NCBI GenBank assembly: GCA_016839585.1
Contig: JAEOTZ010000032.1
Location: forward strand, 1 to 21,742
Source: Promethearchaeota archaeon
GTDB taxonomy: Archaea > Asgardarchaeota > Lokiarchaeia > Sigyniarchaeales > SOKP01
Reading direction: 5' to 3'
Length of the DNA stretch: 21,742 nucleotides
In this document: positions 1 to 7,480 of the stretch, piece by piece
How the letters are laid out: each line of letters starts with the position of its first letter
Numbering within the stretch: the first letter of the stretch is position 1
Notes under the pieces: model-generated
The model's input: only the letters and a program-made list of their open reading frames with translations
The model's database searches: none
Told to the model about the DNA's origin: nothing
Translations under genes and position numbers: made by a program

Positions 1-573
<573 letters not shown>

Positions 574-596
574 TATAATATTATATAAGAACACTA

Positions 597-612
597 TATT
601 TAAATTTTTTTT
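597..612 (-). promoter_or_regulatory. Putative rRNA promoter (A-rich BRE + TATA box TTTAAATA)
   Basis: Minus strand reads AAAAAAAA-TTTAAATA about 25 nt upstream of where the structured leader begins (~573). Confidence 0.55.
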
Positions 613-717
613 GTTTTTCTGAGGAAAATATAATTGTTCTTAATAAATTTTCGTACTTTAAAAATCTCTTTTAAAATAGAAGTATATCATTTTAAAAAAT
701 TGTACTTGGAATTTAAA

Positions 718-1719
718 ATGCACCTAAAAGAAAAAATAGGAATCCATTTAGACCAAATTAAACAATTAAAAGGAGTTGAAAATGCAGTATTGACTCAGAG
801 GGATGGTAATCCAATTCAATCTACTGGAGTTTGGTTCTCTAAAGATGAAATTTTTAATGTCAGTTCTGCAACCAGTGCAATTTTTAATGTTGGAATACAT
901 CTACATCCAAATGATTTAAAATATATTTTAATTGAAGGTAAAAAAGCGAAAATTTTAATCGCACCATTAAATAGTCCTTTGCACCATTCTTTAAATAGAA
1001 TTTTAGAACAGCAAGGTATTTTAGATGACAATCATGAATTTTTTATAGCAATTACAGCTCAACCTAACGTTAATTTAGGGGGTATATTTTTACAAACGAG
1101 TGAATGTTTGAAAAAAATTAAGACAACTTTAATAACTTCCGGAGAATCATTCAAACCACCCTTAATTCAGTTTACAAATCAGAAAATTCAAAATATAATC
1201 GAAGGATTCAATGTTAAAGAAAATGAAGAATTTAATTTGAGAGTATCATCATTTTCTTTAAGTTTTTCAGAAAATATATCAATTGAACTAAGAAAAATTT
1301 TAAATAATTTTTCATTAACAATTCCAGATTTAAAATATGCCTTTATTACGATTGAAGGTGGTTTTATTGCTTCTAAAATATTAAAAAAATTTGATGTTAA
1401 TAAAGAAAAGTTAGATAACATTTCAGCAATGAGTTATTCGCTCTTTCAAACAGCTAACAGATGTGCATGGTTATTAAAAAAAATGCAAGCCGAGAATATT
1501 TTGCTTGATTGTGAAAATACTTTTCAGTTTATTAATGGATTAGGAAAAGCAATATTTAGTACTGAAATTGGAAAAGTACGCCAAAAATTGGGGCTTATAA
1601 GGTTAATACTTCCACAATTCTCAAAAAAGATTAATACACTTATTAAGCAAGCATCTGAAATTCAAGATCACAGAACTTTTGATATTAAAAGATTATTGGG
1701 AGAATTAATAATTAAATAA
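718..1719 (+). CDS. Tandem (double) Roadblock/LC7 (MglB/LAMTOR-like) domain protein
   Basis: Two Roadblock patterns: 'LDQIKQLKGVENAVLTQRDGNPIQS..VSSATSAIF..YILIEGKKAKILIAPL..FIAITAQPNVNLGGI' and 'IPDLKYAFITIEGGFIAS..ISAMSYSL..ILLDCEN..KLGLIRL'. ATG at 718 preferred over the TTG at 634. Confidence 0.85.
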   Translation: MHLKEKIGIHLDQIKQLKGVENAVLTQRDGNPIQSTGVWFSKDEIFNVSSATSAIFNVGIHLHPNDLKYILIEGKKAKILIAPLNSPLHHSLNRILEQQGILDDNHEFFIAITAQPNVNLGGIFLQTSECLKKIKTTLITSGESFKPPLIQFTNQKIQNIIEGFNVKENEEFNLRVSSFSLSFSENISIELRKILNNFSLTIPDLKYAFITIEGGFIASKILKKFDVNKEKLDNISAMSYSLFQTANRCAWLLKKMQAENILLDCENTFQFINGLGKAIFSTEIGKVRQKLGLIRLILPQFSKKINTLIKQASEIQDHRTFDIKRLLGELIIK

Positions 1720-1732
1720 TGTAGGTGGAAGC

Positions 1733-2629
1733 ATGAATTTTTTTGAATTTTTAGATAAACTTAAAAAAAATGATAATTCCTTAATTTTATATTGCCTTCT
1801 CGATAGAATTCCAATCATAGTGTTAGGAGAAGATTCAGAGCAAGTTGATCAATTTCTAATCGATTTATCTGAACTTATTCATTTTAGAAAAGAATATGTG
1901 TTTTATACAGACTTTATTTCAAACAATGAATACAATAATTTAGTTTTAAACGAAAATATCGATTTTAATTCTCAAAGAAGTCATATTAGATGTCCTTGCA
2001 ATGTAGCTAGAAAAGCACTAAGTCAAATTGAAGATATTAATTCTTGGCTTATTGGAATGGAACTTCCTGACCAAAAAGATCATTTTAATTATTTAAAAAA
2101 CTTAATTATAAAAAAAGCGATTAAGGTCTTATTTATAATGATCTCAGCTAATAATATTTCAATTGAAGTAGAAGGAATTGATCTCAAATTAATTGATTTA
2201 ACACTAGAACAAAAAATTTTCAGAAAAATTTCTCAAGATACAGAAAAATCTATTGCTAAAATGAAGAGAGTCTTATCCGAAAAAATTCAAGTGAATCATC
2301 TTGATAAAGATCTAATGAAGACTTTATTAGATTTTGAAGTAGAGAAAAACGAATTGAAAAAAAATATTGTTAAAGCTGAAATTCAAAATTTTTATTCAGG
2401 CTCAAAAAGAGCTTTCTTCATATTATCAAGATTATCATTATTAAATAATGTAGAAATTAATACAAATATAGGAAGTAAAACACTTTTAGAAACAATTGAT
2501 TACGAAGAAGCACCTATAAACCGAATAATATCATTTATTGCGAAGGAATGGGAGGCCAATTTTTCTATCTTAATAGAAAATGGTAAAAAAGCATTTATGG
2601 GAGATAAAATAGTTTCACTATGGGGTTGA
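1733..2629 (+). CDS. Conserved hypothetical protein, cDENN-like (SMCR8/folliculin-type) N-terminal region
   Basis: 298-aa ORF with a GGTGG SD-like motif. 'LILYCLLDRIPIIVLGEDSEQVDQFLIDLSELI..SWLIGM' resembles the cDENN core as I recall it from SMCR8/FLCN. Fold assignment is by eye only. Confidence 0.55.
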   Translation: MNFFEFLDKLKKNDNSLILYCLLDRIPIIVLGEDSEQVDQFLIDLSELIHFRKEYVFYTDFISNNEYNNLVLNENIDFNSQRSHIRCPCNVARKALSQIEDINSWLIGMELPDQKDHFNYLKNLIIKKAIKVLFIMISANNISIEVEGIDLKLIDLTLEQKIFRKISQDTEKSIAKMKRVLSEKIQVNHLDKDLMKTLLDFEVEKNELKKNIVKAEIQNFYSGSKRAFFILSRLSLLNNVEINTNIGSKTLLETIDYEEAPINRIISFIAKEWEANFSILIENGKKAFMGDKIVSLWG

Positions 2630-2636
2630 ATCTAAT

Positions 2637-3230
2637 ATGATTTATGATTTTGAAAATAAAACCTTACAGGTTAAAATAGTATATTATGGACCGGCCATGT
2701 CAGGAAAAACAACATCGATTAAACATCTCTTTTCTTATTTTAATAAAGAAGATATGTTAGAGTCTATTGATAATTCTGTAGGGAGGACCTTATTTTTTGA
2801 TTTTGGTGTTTTACAATTCAAGGGGACTGAATGGGGATTGAAATGTTTAATATATTCTGCCACAGGTCAAGATTTTTATGCAAGTACTCGCCCAGCTACT
2901 TTAAATGGAGTAGATGGTATAATATTTGTAGTTGACTCACAATTGGAATATTTAGAACATAATTTATGCTCTTGGAACGAATTAAAAACACTGTTTGGAG
3001 AAGAAATATATAATATCCCTATAGTAATTGCCTTAAATAAATGCGATTTAGATAATATAAAAAAATTAAAGGAACTTGATTTTGTCTCGCATATTAATTA
3101 TGATAGATTCAAAAATCTATCGCTTAAAAAAACAATAGCAATTAAAGGAGAAGGAATAATAGCGTCGTTTTTCCAATTAATTAGATTTATTTTCCCTCAA
3201 CTAAATTTAAAAATCAGTGTTATTAATTGA
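2637..3230 (+). CDS. MglA-family small GTPase
   Basis: KIVYYGPAMSGKTT (G1), GRTLFFDF (G2 with intrinsic Arg), SATGQ (G3), GVDGIIFVVDSQ and NKCD (G4), all MglA signature motifs. Confidence 0.92.
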   Translation: MIYDFENKTLQVKIVYYGPAMSGKTTSIKHLFSYFNKEDMLESIDNSVGRTLFFDFGVLQFKGTEWGLKCLIYSATGQDFYASTRPATLNGVDGIIFVVDSQLEYLEHNLCSWNELKTLFGEEIYNIPIVIALNKCDLDNIKKLKELDFVSHINYDRFKNLSLKKTIAIKGEGIIASFFQLIRFIFPQLNLKISVIN

Positions 3231-3233
3231 TTT

Positions 3234-3431
3234 TTAGTCTTTTTTTTTTTTATTCTTTTGATACATATTTTTAGATATTCTTTTTATGTATCCTTGCATA
3301 TAAAATTGTTTTAATAAATTTCTTACTTTACGTACTTGCGAGGCATCAATTCCCAAAACACTCATTAATTGAAATATTGAAAATTGTATTGGTAAATTAT
3401 CCTTAATATTATTATATAATCCCATTTCCAT
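3234..3431 (-). CDS. Small winged-helix (wHTH) protein
   Basis: 65 aa. 'FSIFQLMSVLGI..VRNLLKQFYMQGYIKRISKNMY' follows an HTH-plus-wing pattern. Confidence 0.6.
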   Translation of the reverse strand: MEMGLYNNIKDNLPIQFSIFQLMSVLGIDASQVRKVRNLLKQFYMQGYIKRISKNMYQKNKKKKD

Positions 3432-3491
3432 TTTATTGTAGTCTTTTTTCAGTTATTATATAAAAATGAATAAATATTTTTATAAATTGTT

Positions 3492-3603
3492 ATTCGATTA
3501 AGGTTTGTATAATCCTCAAAGTAACTATAACTTATCATTCCTACTTATTGTAGATCATCCTTGTCTAGTTTCTATCATCGAATTTTTATAACCTTAATCC
3601 AAT
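3492..3603 (-). ncRNA. Dual-guide box C/D sRNA within a BHB-containing precursor stem
   Basis: Minus strand: outer stem, BHB, box C AUGAUAG (3578-3572), guide, D' AUGA (3558-3555), UCUAC/GUAGG hairpin, C' AUGAUAA (3538-3532), guide, D UUGA (3519-3516). Both K-turn geometries are intact. Guides are complementary to LSU H69 (AGUAACUAUAACU) and to a CCUUGUC segment like the one downstream of H69. Confidence 0.8.
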
Positions 3604-3620
3604 TTTTCTAATTTTTTAAA

Positions 3621-3636
3621 TTTTTAAATTTTTTTC
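3621..3636 (-). promoter_or_regulatory. Putative promoter (BRE + TTTAAAAA) for the C/D RNA precursor
   Basis: Minus strand GAAAAAAA-TTTAAAAA ends ~20-25 nt upstream of the 5' stem arm. The same TTTAAAAA box precedes the tRNA. Confidence 0.45.
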
Positions 3637-3699
3637 AAAAAAGAGTAAAAAAAACCTTATAAAATAATTATCGGTAATTTTCAATCTAGTAAAATCAAT

Positions 3700-4386
3700 T
3701 TAAATATCTTGAAAATCCTTAAAATTATTGCCTATTGGAGCCTCTCCATCTCCATATATTTGATATAATCCTGTTCTTCTAGCACATTCTGAAAAACTAC
3801 GATATATATTTTTCCTTTGGTCATATAATGCACATGATTTATAAATGATGGGATTCCAAATATATAGCTCATGATCAGGTTCATACCAGAGTTTTTCATC
3901 TTTCATTACTTGCTTAAAATCTTCTTCTCCAATCACTTCTTTAAGATCTTGCTTATTTAACATGATTATAAGAGGAATTTCTTTAATTAACTTTCCTCTT
4001 GTTACATTTTTTAGCTCTTTCAATGATTCTATATTATCTTCGAAAAAGTGGGTTTGTGAATCAACAGTAAATATAACTCCATCAGTACCTTTAAATATTT
4101 TTTTTCTTAATGGGGAAAATCTTCTTTGACCTGCCACAGTATACACGTGATAAAATACTTTTCCTCTGCTTTTCTGTTTTGTAGATTGAAAAATCCCTCT
4201 ATCAAAATAAAGTGTGGATCCACTTGCCATAGAAATTTTAGTTAAATGACCCGTTGGTTCAATATCTTTTTCATCTTCTTTTGTTAATCTATAAAGCGTA
4301 TCTACAATTGTTGTCTTTCCTGAGCCAGCCATTCCCCAATAGAGTATCTTTATATATACTTTATGATCTGCTGTAAATCGAACCAT
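3700..4386 (-). CDS. MglA-like small GTPase (second paralogue)
   Basis: KILYWGMAGSGKTT, GSTLYFDRG, VYTVAGQ, FKGTDGVIFTVDSQ, NKQD and SCA motifs. AGGAG SD upstream. Confidence 0.92.
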   Translation of the reverse strand: MVRFTADHKVYIKILYWGMAGSGKTTIVDTLYRLTKEDEKDIEPTGHLTKISMASGSTLYFDRGIFQSTKQKSRGKVFYHVYTVAGQRRFSPLRKKIFKGTDGVIFTVDSQTHFFEDNIESLKELKNVTRGKLIKEIPLIIMLNKQDLKEVIGEEDFKQVMKDEKLWYEPDHELYIWNPIIYKSCALYDQRKNIYRSFSECARRTGLYQIYGDGEAPIGNNFKDFQDI

Positions 4387-4613
4387 TGAAAATCTCCTTT
4401 AGAAATTTAAATTTAAAGGAATTTAACCGTTCATTTGAATAATAGTTAAGAAAATTATGTGATTTATGAAACGTTCTTTAAATTTATATTAAATTATATT
4501 ATTTAGTATTATAATAATTTAAGTATTTATAATTCCTTTTTGATATTTTAATTTTTTGTTTAAATCAAATATTCATATTTTAAGAGTAATTTTATCAACA
4601 CAAATAAGATGCT

Positions 4614-4850
4614 TTAAATTTTTACAGTAATCTCACCCAACCTCCTCTTATAATTACGCCATAATAATAATTGATTAAATTTTTCTTCAGTATCTCCTTT
4701 TCTTATAATTAAATTAATGATGTCAGAATACATAATTTCTCTCTTCTCCTTTAAATTCTGTTTTATACGATTAAGAATTTCGTTCAATAAAGCAAAATTT
4801 TCTTTAGGGAAATTCTTTATTTCTTCAATATTCTTTTGATTTAAAGTCAT
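4614..4850 (-). CDS. Hypothetical protein (78 aa, helical)
   Basis: ATG-started ORF with host-like composition; no family recognised. Confidence 0.55.
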   Translation of the reverse strand: MTLNQKNIEEIKNFPKENFALLNEILNRIKQNLKEKREIMYSDIINLIIRKGDTEEKFNQLLLWRNYKRRLGEITVKI

Positions 4851-5093
4851 TTTATTTATTCCTTATATAAATTTTATCAAAAATAGCATTTTTTCTTTTT
4901 AATTATTATATCTCTAAATAAAATTTTATAAATTACCCATTTTTTATTTCTTATCATCTCTCCCTCTCCCTCCAGAGTATTATTTTTCACTGTAAAGTAA
5001 AACCATTTCACTTGAAATAATAATTGTTTCAAAAAATCAAGTTAAATTACTTTTAAATTTGTTATATTAAAAATAAGATCTTTCAGTCTTAAA

Positions 5094-6110
5094 ATGAAAG
5101 AATTAAAAAATCAATTTATTAATTATGAAGAATGTCCAGAATGTGGGGGAGATATAGTCCTTAATAGCTTTGAACAAATTTGCAATGAGTGTGGGTTGGT
5201 AATTAATAGGTTTTTTAGAGAGTCCTCTTACATTTTTGATAATAATATAAAAAAACTCAATAATTTAAGCAAACAATACGTAGCTTTAGGAGAACGAACA
5301 GATTTTATAGGGGGTTTAGGGTCATTTATAGATTATGAAAATTCTAAATATTTAAAGGATAAATCAGGTAAACTTTTACCTCCAAATGAACAAAAATTAT
5401 ATAGAAGATTAAAAAAAAATTATTCTCAATTTTTAAGGATTAAAAACCATGAAACTGAATATAGAGTTTTTAATATTTTAAACAAAATTTCGCTATATCT
5501 AAATTTTAATAAAAATATTCGTAATAGTGCTGCTTATTATTACAAAAAAATCTTAAAGCAAGAAGAAAAAGTTATTAATAATATTTCTTTAATAGCTTTT
5601 TGTGTTTTTTATGCTGCAAGAAAAGAAAACCAAAACGCTCCAATTACTATTAACGAAATATCGGAAGCTTTTCAAAATTTTGGACATAGAGTCAACCCAA
5701 GATTAATTCTGAGGGATGGTTTAAAATATAAAAAACATTTGAATACCGACTCTGCACCTCATAAGAGCGAAGATTATCTTATTAGGTTAATAGATGAAGT
5801 GATTAATCACAATGATTTAGAGAATAGAATGGTTAAAAAGGGAGTTTTATGGTTTAAGAAAGAATATCAAAGTAATTTAACGATAAAATGTCGCGAAATA
5901 TTGAAACAGTTATCCTATTGGACACGTGGGGGTAGAAATCCATTTATTTTAACTGGGGCGGTAATATATTTAGCAGATAAATTAATAGCTAAAGAAAAGA
6001 AACAGAAATCAATTTTAACACAAAAAATGATATCAGAAGCCACCAAAATTGCTGAATATTCTATTCGAGACCATTATGTAAATTTATTGAAACCTCAATT
6101 TATTAAATGA
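5094..6110 (+). CDS. Transcription factor B (TFB/TFIIB) family protein, divergent
   Basis: N-terminal Zn ribbon CPECGG..CNECGLVI, two cyclin-like repeats, GRNP motif and C-terminal HTH 'TQKMISEATKIAEYSIRDHY'. Confidence 0.88.
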   Translation: MKELKNQFINYEECPECGGDIVLNSFEQICNECGLVINRFFRESSYIFDNNIKKLNNLSKQYVALGERTDFIGGLGSFIDYENSKYLKDKSGKLLPPNEQKLYRRLKKNYSQFLRIKNHETEYRVFNILNKISLYLNFNKNIRNSAAYYYKKILKQEEKVINNISLIAFCVFYAARKENQNAPITINEISEAFQNFGHRVNPRLILRDGLKYKKHLNTDSAPHKSEDYLIRLIDEVINHNDLENRMVKKGVLWFKKEYQSNLTIKCREILKQLSYWTRGGRNPFILTGAVIYLADKLIAKEKKQKSILTQKMISEATKIAEYSIRDHYVNLLKPQFIK

Positions 6111-6442
6111 TCCATATATCTTATTCTTCATTTCGCAACGATTAAATTTCTAAAAGAGATACGTACATTATGAAAAAAGTATTAAAAATTTTGAAATTAA
6201 AATGGTTTAATCAATATATTTTTCATCTTTTCAAATGAAATGATTATAAATTTAATTCAAATTAACTTTAGATTATTCGATAAATAACAATTATATTTTT
6301 TAGGATTCTTTTTATAAATAGTAGATAAAATAATTAACTACAAAGATAGATTTATTTCCAGGCAAAATATAGTCGTATAATATCATAAAGATCAAATTGC
6401 ATTAAATTTTTTAAATAATTAGATTTTATTACAATTAGAAGA

Positions 6443-6450
6443 TTTAAAAA
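6443..6450 (+). promoter_or_regulatory. TATA box of tRNA-Glu
   Basis: TTTAAAAA ending 26 nt upstream of tRNA G1, preceded by purine-rich AGAAGA. Confidence 0.5.
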
Positions 6451-6476
6451 TATGAATAAAAATATAATAATTTTAT

Positions 6477-6588
6477 GCTTCTGTAGTGTAGTCCGGTCAA
6501 TCTTATCTTTCTTTTTGAAAAAGTGGATTAGGACCAGGCATATGAGGCTCTCATCCTCACGACCCGGGTTCGAATCCCGGCAGAAGCA
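6477..6588 (+). tRNA. tRNA-Glu(CUC) with a 37-nt non-canonical intron at position 21/22 (6501-6537); CCA not encoded
   Basis: Acceptor GCTTCTG/CAGAAGC plus discriminator A. Anticodon arm TGAGG-CT[CTC]AT-CCTCA. T arm CCGGG-TTCGAAT-CCCGG. Removing 6501-6537 restores the D arm GTGT-AGTCCGGTCAA-GCAT. Intron junction has a central helix GGTC/GACC. Confidence 0.93.
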
Positions 6589-6719
6589 ATTTAAATATTT
6601 AGTATTAAAGTATCCTCTATTCTAATTTAATGTAAGTAGCGAATCACAGAAATAGATCAATAATCATTGAGATTTAAAGTGGTTTTCATTACAGGTAAAT
6701 CGAAAAATAATATTAGAGA

Positions 6720-7127
6720 TTAGATATCTAAATTAGAAAATTTATTCAAAATATCATAAAAATCCAATAATAGTTTTACATATCTTTCAATCATATCAAT
6801 TTGAGTTTCTTTTTTTAATTTTTTAGAAAATAAATCGATTTTTTCTATAATTACTTGTTTTAAAAAAATTACAGCATCATTATGTTCTCGAACTGCATTT
6901 TTTTCTTTAATAATATTCTTGTCAATATTTGCTTTAGTTTTTGAATTTATTTGATGAGATTTACTTTCTATGATTAAAACTTCTCTATTGCAAGTGGGAC
7001 AATAAGTTTCCCCATTTCTTCTTTGAAATATTGGATTATTACAAATTGGACATGCCATATTTAACATTTTATGCCCAGATCTAAGAAGATCTGCCATTTT
7101 TGAAATGTTATTTGGAATTTTTATCAC
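6720..7127 (-). CDS. UPF0148 / autoantigen p27 (SSSCA1-like) Zn-ribbon protein
   Basis: 'MADLLRSGHKMLNMACPICNNPIF..GETYCPTC' is the family signature; helical C-terminus. Confidence 0.85.
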   Translation of the reverse strand: MIKIPNNISKMADLLRSGHKMLNMACPICNNPIFQRRNGETYCPTCNREVLIIESKSHQINSKTKANIDKNIIKEKNAVREHNDAVIFLKQVIIEKIDLFSKKLKKETQIDMIERYVKLLLDFYDILNKFSNLDI

Positions 7128-7180
7128 TAATAATTTTTAATTAATTTTTTAGATTTAGAAAATAATTTTGATCGAACGAA

Positions 7181-7375
7181 TTATTCTTTATTTCTGAACC
7201 TTAACAATTTTACAATATATCCAGAGATTCTGTTTCTTAAATGCTTGGAATCTATTTCAAGATATTTATCTAATAATTTTTTATTTTCTTCAAAATCGGT
7301 AGTAAATACATTCGGATATTTGTTTATCAATTCCTTTGAAACATTTTTTATTAAAATTGTTCTAACTTTTCCCAT
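7181..7375 (-). CDS. rps17e: 30S ribosomal protein S17e (eS17)
   Basis: MGKVRT..IK..ELINKYP..FTTDFEENKK..SKHLRNRISGYI. Start placed at the MGKVR ATG. Confidence 0.96.
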   Translation of the reverse strand: MGKVRTILIKNVSKELINKYPNVFTTDFEENKKLLDKYLEIDSKHLRNRISGYIVKLLRFRNKE

Positions 7376-7480
7376 ATACACACTTAAGTATTATTTTTCT
7401 TTTTTTAATATAAAATATTCGTTAAAATAAATTTTTTTCTAAATGTTTGTCTTTTTATATCTCTAATTAGATTTAAATTT

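Noticed and set aside
634-717. N-terminal extension of the Roadblock ORF from TTG 634
   Set aside because: Low-complexity AT-rich sequence in the divergent promoter region; the domain begins at ATG 718.
3492-3603. Reading the inverted repeat as a MITE or simple terminator
   Set aside because: No target-site duplication; the internal boxes, K-turns and rRNA-antisense guides explain it better.
6111-6440. Long intergenic gap after TFB
   Set aside because: Only short ORFs and AT-rich sequence; no repeat or RNA structure I can support.
6612-6720. Eukaryote-like SECIS in the 3' UTR of the p27-like gene
   Set aside because: AUGA..GA is present but helix II does not pair, and the upstream gene has no in-frame UGA.
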